DNA of 64,000 nucleotides from Octopus vulgaris (Eukaryota). The stretch covers positions 4,774,001 to 4,838,000 of the forward strand of contig OX597839.1 of the NCBI GenBank assembly GCA_951406725.2, in the 5' to 3' direction. This document shows positions 29,817 to 43,515 of the stretch, one piece after another; positions within the stretch are counted from its first letter, which is position 1, and every line of letters starts with the position of its first letter. The notes beneath the pieces were generated by a model. It did no database searches and had not been told where the DNA came from. It saw nothing but the letters and a program-made list of their open reading frames with translations. The position numbers and the translations under genes were made by a program.

Positions 29817-30558
29817 CATATATGTATATACATATATATATATACTTATATATATATTCATATATATATATATATATTTATATATATATGTATGTATGCA
29901 AAAAATATAACATATACATATATATAATACACACACATATGCGCACACATATAAACACACTTATGCATACATACATGTATACGTATAAATGCTTGTGTAT
30001 ATATATATATATATAATTTATATATATATATATATATGTGTGTGTATTTTCTCTTATCTTTGGTTCTCTTATGTTATGATGTTTTTCCCCGCATCGCTTT
30101 TTCCTTTCTTTTCTTATTTTTTTAATCTTTTTTTTACTCCCGATTTTCCCCCCATATTTCGTCACTATTCCTCTAGTATTCATCATACATAAAACATAAT
30201 TCACAATACATAATGATTTCTCATTCAAAGTGGGGGAAAAGGATTTTTCTCTTCGCTAGCATAGCAACAGCCCCTTAATATTATTCTTACATTTAGACCC
30301 CAGCGCTTTTCATTTGACATCGATTGCCATGATCGTCGCCATCTTTATCTCCTTTCCTCCCTCTCCAACCCCATATACACACTCTTACAAACTCGGCTTT
30401 CATTTCTACGTTTTTCCTTTCCATCTAGCTTCTTTCATTCTTTATTCATTTTTTCTCCTTCTTTGTCCTCTTTTGCAAACGATATCTCATTTTCCTTCTT
30501 GAATACAATTTATTTATTCATTGATACATACATACATTCATACATACATACATGTATA

Positions 30559-30598
<40 letters not shown>

Positions 30599-30599
30599 C

Positions 30600-30640
<41 letters not shown>

Positions 30641-30722
30641 CATACATATATATAAATATATATATATATATACATACATATATATATATAAATATATATA
30701 TATATACATACATATATATATA

Positions 30723-30755
<33 letters not shown>

Positions 30756-30793
30756 ATATATATATATATATATACATACATATATATATATAA

Positions 30794-30864
<71 letters not shown>

Positions 30865-31288
30865 GCAAACTCGTTCTTTATTCTTATTCTTTGTACAATT
30901 GTGATTTTGTTATTGATGTTCTTGTTCTTGCTGTTGTTGCTATTATTGCATTATTGGCAAATGAAATTTCAAGTTATTTTTGTTATTATCAACATTACAT
31001 ACACATATCACCATCATCATCATCATTATCATCATCATTATTATTATTATTATTGTTATTATTATTAATATTATTATTATTAATATTATTATCATCATCA
31101 TTATTATTATTTTTTTGTTTTGTTCGTGTTGTTGTTATTATTATTGTTGTTGTTTTTTATTTTTATTGTTGTTGTCGTTAATGTTGTTGTCGTACGTTTG
31201 TTTGTTTACTACTTTTGTCATTGTTGTCATGTGGTCCTGTTATCCGTCGCCCCTTTTGGTAAAAGATAGGAAATACACTACTAAAAAG

Positions 31289-31323
<35 letters not shown>

Positions 31324-31390
31324 CACCACGATGATGTCTACTGCTTATATTAATAATAATATTAGTTTATTATTATTATTATTATTATGG

Positions 31391-31425
<35 letters not shown>

Positions 31426-31445
31426 GTCATAGTTTCATCGTTGTC

Positions 31446-31500
<55 letters not shown>

Positions 31501-31629
31501 TCATTGCTATTATTATAATAGTTCCTGGTACTTTTTTTTCTTTATCATATTTCAATTTTTATTTTCTCCTTTATTCTTTTCATTTTTTTTAGTTTTTATC
31601 AACAGTGGCTGACATCACTATTATCATCA

Positions 31630-31690
<61 letters not shown>

Positions 31691-31747
31691 CATCATTATT
31701 ATTATTATTTATATTATTATTATTATTATCATTATTATTATTATTTA

Positions 31748-31786
<39 letters not shown>

Positions 31787-32150
31787 CATCATCAATATAT
31801 TCATTGATATTGGAAACTTTTTTTCTTCATTGCATTGCTTTCAAATATTCATTGTGGCTGGTAATATGTTTATGTTTTCATTATTTCTTTTCAATTTCGA
31901 TAATTTAAAATAGAATAAAATAGAATAAAATTCGAGAGACTGTCAAATGAACGCTCTCAGGATAAAGGCATGTGTTCCAGTCCTATATAATATTGGCAAT
32001 ACTAATAGTATTACTAATAATTATCATAATAAGAATATATATATATATATATATATATATGATAAAAATGCATTACTCAGAATAGTACTACTACTACTGC
32101 TACTACTACTACTACTCCTCCTCCTACTACTACTGCTACTACTACCATTT

Positions 32151-32198
<48 letters not shown>

Positions 32199-32308
32199 TC
32201 ACCACCACCACCACCACCACCACCACTACTACTACTACTACTACTGCAACTGCTACTACTACCACCATTACAACTACTAATACCGCCGCCACCACCACCA
32301 TCACCACC

Positions 32309-32350
<42 letters not shown>

Positions 32351-32699
32351 GCTGCTACTACTACTACTACTACCACCACTACAACTACTACTACTAAAGT
32401 CGCCGCCACCACCACCACCACCACCACCACCACCACCACTACTACTACTATTACCACTACAACTACTGATGATGGTAATATTGATGATGATAATGTCAAT
32501 GATAATGTTGATGATAAAATCCGCTGGAAATGGAAATATAAATAATAATAATAATAATAATCCTCTTTTATTTATGTGCCTCAAAAGGCCATGAATGCAA
32601 TATAAAAACTGTGAAACTCGATTCTTTTTATAATGTATGTCAATGGACACAACAGACACGCGGGGGCAACTGCTGAGTAGTAGGTAAATGCATGGCTCC

Positions 32700-34290
32700 G
32701 GCCACCCCCTCTGCTAATAATGCTTTTCCGAATTTGTCCGTGAGCAAATTTAAGTGAACTGTGAAATCTCTTACATCTTGTGGAGAAGGTATAGCTTTTT
32801 GATATCTATTTTACGAGCTTTTGTATTGTTTTTGCGTTCAATATAATTGTCCCCACCTTAAGTTCTCGTTCCATCATCCGTTAGTGATCGTAACACTGAC
32901 GGTAACGTGATTTCGTATGCTTTGTCTCTTGCTAGCTGTGAACCCGCGCTTGGTGGCACTCTAAAATCTGGCGTAAGTTTTAAGCGCAAATGTGTTTAAT
33001 TCCCTTCATAAGAGTGTGGCTTTTCGGTTGCTCTCCGTTTCTAGAGTCTTCAGTTCCTCTTTTCCTGCTTTTACTTTTCAAATTTTCTATAGATATGAGC
33101 CCTAATCATACGCATGAGTACCCTGGAGTAGTGATGATCCCTGTTTGATGACCTTAACCTTTTCCTCGTATGTCCTTTTTGTGATTTCTGAAAGGACCTT
33201 ATCATATCTCATCTTGAATCGACCTTCTAGTGTCCTAGAGCATGCAATCAAAATGTGGTTAAGGGCTTGGAAGTTGTTTCATACTGAAGGTAGAGTGAGT
33301 TTCCCTGCTTTGCGCCAAATTTCAAAATTATGTAGGGTTATTCAAGCAAGGGGTCAGTGATGGTACAGAGGAAAAAGGGCAATTTTCTTCAGTCAGTATT
33401 CAAGTTTTAAAGTTCCGACTCAATCCATTATTCCTGGTGGGTGAGTCCTACTGCATTTACACGGCAATCCTATGTTGAGTCGCAGCTGCTTTGCACCGTC
33501 AGCTCCCCTTTGCTCCTGGCACTGCTATTTTCCCACTTCTTAATACCCTAGTTGCCATGTCATAGTCACCCTCGACAGACTGCTCTAACTATTTGTATAT
33601 GCTTCCACTACATTTCTTTTCCTTCACACTTTCGTTGGACTTACATCTTCTGCTGAACTTTATGGTCTTGTTGGTGGAGGCGCAATGACCCAGTGGTTAG
33701 AGCAGCGGACTCACGGTCATAGGATCGCGGTTTCGATTCCCAGACCGGGCGTTGTGAGTGTTTATTGAGCGAAAACACCTAAAAGCTCCACGAGGCTCCG
33801 GCAGGGGATGGTGGTGATCCCTGCTGTACTCTTTCACCACAACTTTCTCTCACTCTTACTTCCTGTTTCTGTTGTACCTGTATTTGAAGGGGCCGGCCTT
33901 GTCACTCTCTGTGTCACGCTGAATATCCCCGAGAACTACGTTAAGGGTGCACGTGTCTGTGGTGTGCTCAGCCACTTACACGTTAATTTCACGAGCAGGC
34001 TGTTCCGTTGATTCGGATCAACCGGAACCCTCATCGTCGTAACCGACGGAGTGCTTCCATGGTCTTGTTGGTATGACTGACTTTGCCATCCTCAGATGGA
34101 AGCAAAGTCATAATTGCTCACTGAAGTAATTTCTCAGCGGAGCTTAGGGGTTTTGCTGTGCAGATTGACAGAGCATATTTCACCTAGACTTTATATTACT
34201 TAAGATGGATGAATTTGAGTCACACCTCAAAGTTTACACTAAACAAATTCTGCTACATGTTTATATTGAGTTTATAAACAATGTAAGATT
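32700..34290 (-). pseudogene. Old decayed RLE-type non-LTR retrotransposon (NeSL/Hero/R2-like), interrupted by a SINE
   Basis: Manual translation of ~33180-33340 (minus) gives LHNFEIWRK...NNFQALNHILIACSRTLEGRFKMRYDKVLSEI, resembling the CCHC knuckle plus RHD motif upstream of RLE domains. Boundaries are uncertain. Confidence 0.5.
33676..34058 (+). mobile_element. Full-length tRNA-derived SINE (OR-type head, tail variant 2) with 14-bp target-site duplication
   Basis: GGAGGCGCAATGACCCAGTGGTTAGAGC...GGTTTCGATTCCC head. TSD ATGGTCTTGTTGGT at 33662-33675 and 34059-34072. Confidence 0.95.
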
Positions 34291-34396
34291 CCCATATGAG
34301 TGTGATCCAGTGGATTTTTAAACTTGGTCATTCTGTATATGTATATATATGTATATGTATATGTATGTATATGTATATATATATGTATATGTATGC

Positions 34397-34465
<69 letters not shown>

Positions 34466-34469
34466 ATTT

Positions 34470-34855
34470 ATGTGTCTGTGTTTGTTCCCCTAACATCATT
34501 TGACAACCGGCGTTGGTGTGCTTACGTTCCCGTAACCTAGCGGTTCGGGATTTTAGACCGATAGATTAAGTACTAGGCTTACAAAGAATAAGTCTCTGGG
34601 TCTATTTGTTCGACAAAAGGCGGTGCTCCAGCATGGCTTCAGTGAAATGACTGAAACAAATAAAAAAAATAAAAGAATATATATATATATATATACGAGA
34701 CGCTTCTTACAGTTTCCGTCTACCAAATTCCCTTACAAATCTCTGATCGTCCTGAGGGAGTAGTAGAAGACGCCGCACCAAGCTACCACGCAGTGAGATT
34801 AAACCCAGAACCGTGTGGTTCGGATGTAAGCTTCTCACCACGCAGCCACGCCTGC
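34470..34855. mobile_element. SINE family A pieces: 3' half on plus (34470-34678), then 5' half on minus (34697-34855)
   Basis: Homology to the full copies; the halves are separated by a short (TA)n. Confidence 0.8.
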
Positions 34856-35440
34856 ATTGTTAATCTCATTGTCATTTCTACTAGTTTTACTTTTTCGCTT
34901 CTCCATTTAAATTAATATTTTCGAAAATATTTATTCCCTGTGTTTCCCATTGTCCTAACGCTAGTCTCTAACAGCAAAACCTTGTCTAATAATAACATCG
35001 ATTTTTAACATTATTTTATTTTATTTCAGGGAATTATTCGGGGTTGTATAGCGCAAATGAGACTATCAACATTAGTGCTACAGCAACTGTTTCTATGTAT
35101 TTTATATCTGCTGCGGCAATTTTGCAACGGCAATAAGTAAATATGATAATTTCTACTATATTATATAGCAGAAATGTATGCATTTGAAATACAATGATTT
35201 GATGAATCATGTCTGTTTCTTGTTTTTCAACCGCGGTTAAGGGTAACAACCGTTCAAACATTGTGATACTTTTGTTGAAGGCACGAACCAGTCACCACCG
35301 TTTTTACCATTAGATCTGATAGTGATACCCATTCTATTTTAGTTTTTGTATTGCTTTTGTTTTGTCATGTGTTCTGTAGCTCGTCCTTACATATTGTCCG
35401 ACATGGCTTGGGCCCGTGTGGCCAATAAAAGAAATTATTA

Positions 35441-35485
<45 letters not shown>

Positions 35486-35486
<1 letters not shown>

Positions 35487-35865
35487 TGACTTTTGCTTTA
35501 TGTTTGTACAAGTTGGCTCCAAGTCTCACCCAGAGACCTCAAGAGACAACAGGTTGGAAGTTCTGTGCCATATATTTGGGGGGGGGTGTTGTACTAGTGA
35601 ATGTCTAATACATAAAAAAAAATAAATAAAAAATAAATTAAAAAAAAAAAAAAGTTTGTTTTAAACCTTGGGATTACATAGAGAGTATTTTGCGTAGGAT
35701 ATGAGCAGTTCCCATGAGCACTATCTTTTGAATTTCTGCCATTTTGGGGTTTCCTGGTATCTGAGTTAGGTAGCAATCAGTCCCTTTCGCTATCATTCCC
35801 AGGGCACCTATGACAACAGGTATTGTTTTAGTCTTCAGCTTCCACATTTTGCTGATTTCTATTTC

Positions 35866-35866
<1 letters not shown>
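35486..35866 (-). pseudogene. R4/Dong-like LINE 3' end inserted in (TAA)n
   Basis: EIEISKMWKLKTKTIPVVIGALGMIAKG...EIQKIVLMGTAHILRKILSM*, with (TTA)n on both flanks. Confidence 0.88.
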
Positions 35867-35927
<61 letters not shown>

Positions 35928-35932
35928 TTATT

Positions 35933-36247
35933 CTATGTTTGACTTTTGCTTTACATTTGTACAAGTTGGCTCCAAGTCTCACCCAGAGACCTCAAGAGAA
36001 ACAAGTTGGAAGTTCATGTTGGTGTTATGCCTAGGGTGCCATATATTTGGTTTTGTACTTAGTGTTGTACTAGTGAATGCTTAAGAAGCCACAAGAAAAT
36101 TATGTTTGTTTTAAAACTTGAGATTACATAGAAAGTATTTTGCGTAGGGTATGAGCAGTTCTCATGAGCACTATTTTTTGAATTTCTGCCATTTTGGGGT
36201 TTCCAGGTATCTGAGCTAGGTAGAAATCCACCCCTTTTGCTATCATT
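35933..36247 (-). pseudogene. Second R4/Dong-like LINE 3' end, tandem to the first
   Basis: Strong nucleotide similarity to 35486-35800; the 3' end abuts the same (TTA)n tract. Confidence 0.88.
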
Positions 36248-36800
36248 GCAGGTACCTATTTTTGATTTATAGGTACTCATTTGAATTTCAGGTACTCATT
36301 TCTGATTTATAGGTACCCATTTGAATTACAGGTACCCATTTAAATTGCTGATACTCATTTTTAATTTATAAGTACTCATTTGAATTACAGGTACTCATTT
36401 GAATTGCAGGTACCTATTTTTGATTTACTCATTTGAATTTCAGGTACTAATTTTTGATTTATAGGTACTCATTTGAATTACAGGTACTCATTTTTTATTT
36501 ATAGGCACTCATCAGATTACAGGAACTCATTTTTTAATTACACGTACTCATTTGAATTACAGGTACTCATTTGAATTAAATGTCCCCATTTTTGATTTAC
36601 AGGTACTCATTTTTGAATTACTGGTACTAATTTCTGAATTACACGTACTCATTTGAATTACAGGTACTCATTTGAATTAAATGTCCCCATTTTTGATTTA
36701 CAGGTACTCATTTTTGAATTACTGGTACTAATTTCTGAATTACAGGTACTTATTTGAATTACAGGTAATCATTTTTCAATTACATATACTCATTTTTGCT
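36248..36800. repeat. AT-rich minisatellite, 19-22 bp unit (CAGGTACTCATTT[TT]GA[A/T]TTA)
   Basis: Seen directly; includes an exact ~104-bp higher-order repeat around 36537-36745. Confidence 0.92.
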
Positions 36801-36870
36801 AACTGGATGGTCAAGAGGAACGTAAAATAAAATGACTCGCTCGTGAACATAACGCGTCACCGGTTATTGA

Positions 36871-37270
36871 TATCTGTTTCTTTATTACCCACAAGGGGCT
36901 AAACATAGGGGGGACAAACAAGGACAGACAAACAAGGACAGACAAACGGATTAAGTCGATTACATCGACCGCAGTGCGTAACTGGTACTTAATTTATCGA
37001 CCCCGAAAGGATGAAAGGCAAAGTTGACCTCGGTGGAATTTGAACTCGGCAGACGAAATACATATTTCTTTACTACCCACAAGGGGCTCAACACATAGGG
37101 GACAAACAAGGACAGACAAATGGATTAAGTCGATTACATCGCCCCCAGTCTGTAAATTGTACTTAATTTATCGACCCCGAAAGGATGAAAGGCAAAGTCG
37201 ATCTCGGCTGAATTTGAACTCAGAACGTAACGACGGGCGAAATACCGCGAAGAACGTCGCCCGGCGTGCT
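36871..37270 (-). mobile_element. SINE family B dimer
   Basis: Two units joined at GCAGACGAAATACATATTTC (~37050). Confidence 0.9.
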
Positions 37271-37411
37271 AACGTCTCTGCCAGCTCGCCCGACCTTACG
37301 ATCGTGAATCAAATACCATAACCACTCCTTCACTTATTGTATATGTTTCTGTACGAAATAGTAGCACAAGAGAGGAGGAATCTGTGATGTGATGTGGGGG
37401 TGCGTAATGAT

Positions 37412-37876
37412 GGTTAGTTAGTTAGTTAATTTGGCTCAAAAGCAAATAGCAAGGCCATGTAGGGGGACATGGAGTTAAGTACAGGGTGGTGTTCATGTAA
37501 AGAGTTCAGGCCACTTGAGGTCAAGGGAGGCTTTGAACAAAGCGGTCGTTGGCATCTTCAATATCTCGTCCGGCAGCTTATTCCACGGATCCGCAACCCG
37601 GACGGAGAAAGCTCCTCTCCTTCGATTGAGATGAAATCGTCGCAGGTAGAGCTTTTCGGAATGACCCCGCAGCCGACGCTCTGGAGCAGGAGTGAAGAAC
37701 AGCTCTTTCGAGAGGTTACACTTTCCGCTTATGATGTTGTGGGCGAGAATGAGATCACCACGGCGGCGGCGTTTTTCTAGAGAATAAAGGTCGAGCGTCC
37801 TCAGCCTTTCTTCATAGGAAAAATTTTCGAGACCATGAACCATGCGGGTAGCCAGCTTCTGGATTCTTTTGACTCG
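37412..37876 (-). pseudogene. CR1-group LINE 3' end, same family as 23416-23975
   Basis: KRIQKLATRMVHGLENFSYEERLRTLDLYSLEKRRRRGDLILAHNII...WNKLPDE...KWPELFT*, ending in a (TAAC)n tail. Confidence 0.92.
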
Positions 37877-37899
37877 TATTGACAATGATTGCGTTTGTT

Positions 37900-38900
37900 T
37901 AGTGGTTGTGGTGATGCGATATTGGTAACAATAACGCCTGTGGTCTAGGTAGAGGTGGCGATGGCGTCAGTGGTGGCAGTGATTTTATAGTTGGTGGCGG
38001 GTAGGGTGGTTGTGGTGGTAGTGGCGATGGTGTAGGTGGTGGAATTTATGTGGATGCTGATAACAGTGTTGGTTGTGGTGGGGGTAGTGTTTGATGGTAC
38101 TGCTGACGAGGGAACATGTGATGGTGATGATGGTGTTGTTGTTCATAGTGGGGTGGTGATATTGCTGGTGGTGGTGATGGTGGTGGTGGTGGTGGTGGTG
38201 GTGGTGGTGGTGGTGTGGTAGTGATAGTGGTGGTGATTGTGGTTGTGGTGATGGTAATGGTGGTGGTAATGGTAGTGGTTGTTGTGAAGGAGGTGGTAGT
38301 GGTGATGGTAGTGATGATAGTGGTGGTGATAGTGGGGTGGTGATATTGCTGGTGGTGGTGATGGTGTGGTAGTGATAGTGGTGGTGATTGTGGTTGTGGT
38401 GATGGTAATGGTGGTGGTAATGGTAGTGGTTGTTGTGAAGGAGGTGGTAGTGGTGATGGTGGTGATGATGATTGCAGTTATGGTGATGTTGGTGGTCGCA
38501 GTGGTTGTATCATTAGTGGTAGTGGTGGTGGGTATTGGTGGTGGTGTCTATGATGATGGTGCTAGTGGTGGTGGTGGTGACAATGATCATGATGGGGGCA
38601 ATTGTTGTGACGGTGGTAGTGGCAATATTGAAGCTGATGGTCGTAGCGGTGGTGTTGGTGGTAGTAGTGGTAGTAGTGGTGGTGGTATAGGTAATGGTGA
38701 TGCTAAACGTGAGATTGACGATATATTGATGGTAGTGATGAAAATGGCGATAGTGTTTACGATGGAGTTTGCAGCGATACTGGCGGTGGTATTGTTGTTG
38801 CTGTTATCGTTGATTTTGTTGTTGTTATTGGTGGTGGTGGTGGTGGTGTTGATGATAGTACTGGTAGTGGTGGTGGTGGTAGTAGTTATTGTTATGGTGA
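37900..38900. repeat. Degenerate (GGT)n/(GAT)n tract with internal ~150-bp duplication
   Basis: 38146-38310 is repeated at 38330-38460. Confidence 0.9.
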
Positions 38901-39217
38901 TCCAAACTCAACATTCCAGCTTAATGGATCTTGACATCCATTTTACAAGAGATAGAAACACCAGCGAAGTTAATCTTATCAACATCGTTAAATAAAAATA
39001 TTTAAAGTACACACGCATACACACACACACACACGTATGCACACAAACAGACAAATACACACACGCACACGCTCGCACATACACACACACTCATATATTT
39101 ATATATGCACACATATGCTTGTGCGAGTGTGCATGTCTATACGTTTGCACACTCACAGACACGCGCATATGTATATATTTGTGTGCATATATATATATGT
39201 ATATATATATGAATATA

Positions 39218-39275
<58 letters not shown>

Positions 39276-39410
39276 TGTATATTATATATATATATATATA
39301 TATATTTGTCGCTGTGAATATGTATACACTTATATTTATATATATATGCATATATATATACATATGCATATGTATATATATATATGTTTATTTATATATA
39401 TATACACATG

Positions 39411-39484
<74 letters not shown>

Positions 39485-39558
39485 CATATGTATATATATA
39501 TATATATTTACATATATATATATATATACATATACATATGTATATATATACATATATA

Positions 39559-39601
<43 letters not shown>

Positions 39602-40080
39602 GTATACATACATACACATATATATATATACATATATATATACATGAGTGAATGAATGTATCTTTGCATTCATATATATGTACATACACACACGTGTATA
39701 TATATATATAGATATATATATTATATGCAAATATACACGCATACATGCAAATAAATGAATAGAAATTGAATTAAATCTTTTATATTACAATAACAGCGTA
39801 AACTACAGGACGAAAAAAGAAGCATTTGCGATGGAAAACAGTGATTGTAACTCGTACAACAATAACAACACAAACAATACACCTATAACAACAACAACGA
39901 ACGACATTACAACAACACCAACAATTCTGACAACAACAAAAATGTAAAACGGGAAACAACAATTGCCACTATGATTGGTAAGATAGAGAGAATGTCAGAA
40001 ATTTTATGAGGGGGATAGAGAGAGAGAGAGAGAAAGACAAAGAGGTGGGGGGGAGAGAGAGGGGAAAACAAAGAGGGGAG

Positions 40081-40126
<46 letters not shown>

Positions 40127-40149
40127 AGGTTCTAAGGGATATCTGTTAT

Positions 40150-40281
40150 CTTTTCTTTTACTGGATTCAGTCATTAGACCGCGGCCATGCTGGGGCACCG
40201 CCTTGAGAAGCTTTTATATACACATACATATATATATACTTGTCTCTGTGAATATATATACACTTATATTCATTATATACA

Positions 40282-40317
<36 letters not shown>

Positions 40318-40615
40318 TATATATATGTGTGTGTATATATATATATATATGCATATATATATATGTGTGTATATATATATATATATATGTATACATATAT
40401 ATATGCATATATATAGATGTGTGTATATATATATGCATATATACTACTTATATTTTTAAAGCTGAGTAATAAGTATTCTATCGGTGTCTTTTGTCGGACC
40501 GCTAAGTCACGGCTACCTAAACACACCAACACTGGTTGTCTGGCAATGATGGGGGGGATAAACACAAACATTCACACATACACACACACAACACACACAA
40601 GCATACACACACACA

Positions 40616-40679
<64 letters not shown>

Positions 40680-40850
40680 CGACGGACTTCTTTCAGTTTC
40701 TGTCCATCAGTTTCTGTCCATCACAAGGCTTTGGTCCACCCGAAGCTACAATAGAAAACAACACTTGCCCAAGTTGCCGCGCACTGGAATTGAACACGGA
40801 TCCATGTTATTGAGAAGAAAACTTCTTACCACACAGCCATGCCTGCGACT
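40150..40850 (-). mobile_element. SINE family A copy split by two microsatellite expansions
   Basis: Tail 40150-40205, body 40445-40570, head and core 40680-40850. Confidence 0.8.
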
Positions 40851-41184
40851 CTGATACTGAAATAAACATGATTTCAACAAGTAAAAGATAATACACACGT
40901 GCACACACACAGACACAGACACACACACAGACACACACACAGACAGACACATATAGAAACACGCCCACGCGTGCACATACACACACACAGACACATGTAA
41001 AGTACTATTCCCTTATTGGTAGGACAAGGGTAAATAATACTCCAACTATCAGTACATAAATATTTGATAATCATAGAATCTAAATGTGGACTAATATATG
41101 ATTTTAATGAATAGATAGATGGGTAGATAGACAGAATAGATCGATCAACCGGTCGATCGATTCATAGATAAATAGGTGTCTTTC

Positions 41185-41386
41185 AAAATGTGACCTCGTG
41201 TGTACCGTTGGCGATCTTTTTCCTCTGTCTTCCCTTCTCTGGATCTTTCCTTCTCCTATGTTTCCGAGGAAGAGTTCCGCTCGAAACGTTAAACTCTCCT
41301 TCTTTCCTTCTTTCCTGAGCGTCCAGTAATATTATATTTGTTCCACGTCCTTGCGTTGTTGTGCTTTTTTGCTTTCTGGTTTGGAT

Positions 41387-41390
<4 letters not shown>
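41185..41390 (+). mobile_element. Penelope-like terminal fragment (family 2) with minimal hammerhead at 41260-41294
   Basis: GUUU-CCGAGGA-A-GAGU(UCC)GCUC-GAAAC-GUU-AAAC; the 3' end runs directly into (TA)n. Confidence 0.7.
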
Positions 41391-41466
<76 letters not shown>

Positions 41467-41483
41467 CATGTATAATGAAAATT

Positions 41484-41708
41484 AAATGCGCCCTTTTAAA
41501 AGTTAGCCAGGCTCATGGGCCCGTTTCTCAGTTTCAATGGCGTATGTGCTCCCTAGCAGCGTTACTCATTTTCGCCAGCTGAGTGGACTGGAGCAACGTG
41601 AAATGAAGACTTTTGCTCAAGAACACAACGCGTCGCCCGGTCCAGGAATCGAAACCACAATCTTACGATCATGATGCTGACACCCTAACCACTAAGCCAC
41701 GCGCCTCT
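41484..41708 (-). mobile_element. tRNA-derived SINE family C (core resembles the MetaSINE domain)
   Basis: Head GAGGCGCGTGGCTTAGTGGTTAGGGTG...GGTTTCGATTCC and core TTGTGTTCTTGAGCAAAA...GTTGCTCCAGTCCACTCAGCTG..AAATGAGTA. The tail resembles that of 9273-9570. Confidence 0.8.
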
Positions 41709-41736
41709 ACACACATACATACACACACACACACAC

Positions 41737-41767
<31 letters not shown>

Positions 41768-41768
41768 C

Positions 41769-41826
<58 letters not shown>

Positions 41827-41934
41827 TGACACACGCACACACACACACTCATATATATATATATATACATACATATATTTAGCAGGCTAGATAGATAGAC
41901 AGACTGTAAGCTAGTTTTATATATATATATATAT

Positions 41935-41997
<63 letters not shown>

Positions 41998-42469
41998 TAC
42001 GAAATATATAGACAGGAAGATAGATAAACAGAATGAGTGCAAACTAAAAGACAGACATAGGAATAACACAAAAGTGGTATGTGAAAAAAGTAAGTGAAGC
42101 AAGCAGAGTACCTACAAACAAAGAAATTTAATTAGAAATAATCTATGATTATGTAATGAAAAGAATCCAATCAATAAGAAATCTGCTGTGTTCTAATAAC
42201 TCTAATTGATTGTGTGTGGAAGTCGCTGCGGGTATTCCAGTTACTTTTGTGTGTTTGACGGAAGTAGCTTTTACGGAGTCTGGCGGAAGTGTTCAGCTGA
42301 AATCAGGCTAAAGGGAGACATTTTATTGTCTGTGCAAACGTGATGGTTTTTGTATGTTGTTTGAGTGCAGTTCTTGTGGTTTTGAGATGTGGTACCGGCA
42401 GCAGAAACAGCAGCAGCAGCAGCTAAGCTACTAATACCAACAGAACTACTAATAGTGTTGCTGGTGATG

Positions 42470-42473
42470 GTGA

Positions 42474-42524
<51 letters not shown>

Positions 42525-42547
42525 CATTGTTTCTGTTGTTGTTGTTG

Positions 42548-42594
<47 letters not shown>

Positions 42595-42756
42595 GTTGTT
42601 ATTACTATTATCATTATTGTTATTATTATTATCATTACTATTATTGTTGTTATTATCATTATTATTATCATTACTATTATTGTTGTTATTATTATTAATA
42701 TTGTTATTATTATTATTATTATCATTACTCTTATTGTTGTTATTATTATTATTATA

Positions 42757-42797
<41 letters not shown>

Positions 42798-42803
42798 CAT
42801 TAC

Positions 42804-42871
<68 letters not shown>

Positions 42872-43042
42872 GTAGTAGTAGTTGTTGTAGTAACAGTGTA
42901 TATAGTAGTGGTAGGAGTAGACAAAACAGTAGCAGCAATACTAGTAGTGGTAAAAGCAGCGATACTAGGAACAGCAGCAGCAGCAGTTCTATCTTACCAA
43001 TCATAGTGGCAATTGTTGTTTCCTGTTTTACCTTAAAAGGGC

Positions 43043-43098
<56 letters not shown>

Positions 43099-43100
43099 CT
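42470..43100. repeat. (TTA)n and (GTA)n trinucleotide tracts
   Basis: Seen directly. Confidence 0.95.
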
Positions 43101-43327
43101 GGTGGTGTTGGTAGCAGCTGCAACCACCGCAGTGCTGAGTCGTTCTCAATACGTACACCAACTCCAAGCAGAACCTCAAAAAGTTCCCTTATTAACAGTG
43201 TACTATGATCTCCAGCGCAACTAAATGTTACAAACTGCTGCTGCTGCTACTACTACTCCAACTACTACTACTACGACTACTACTACTACTACACAACCTG
43301 GGATAAAAAGAACAATTATAACAATGA

Positions 43328-43515
43328 TTTCAATTCTTGGCACAAGGCCAGTACGGGGTAGAAGATAAATCGATTGCATCAATCTCAGAACTCAAGTGGC
43401 AATTATTTCATCGACCCCGGAAGGGATGGGAGATAAAGTCGACCTCGGCGGAATTTGAACTCCGAACGGACGAAATACCACTATAAATTTTGCCCGGCGT
43501 GGTAGTGATTCTGCC
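43328..43515 (-). mobile_element. Older SINE family B relative with a different tail
   Basis: TCGACCCCGGAAGGGATG...AAAGTCGACCTCGGCGGAATTTGAACTC. Confidence 0.8.

Noticed and set aside
33676-33750. Possible tRNA genes here and at 9273, 41640-41708, 48790-48861, 53652 and 60830-60904
   Set aside because: These are tRNA-like SINE heads that continue into a shared body and tail, one with a TSD; no complete acceptor stem is apparent.
36248-36800. Possible CRISPR-like array
   Set aside because: Contiguous degenerate units with no unique spacers, no cas genes, and a eukaryotic context.
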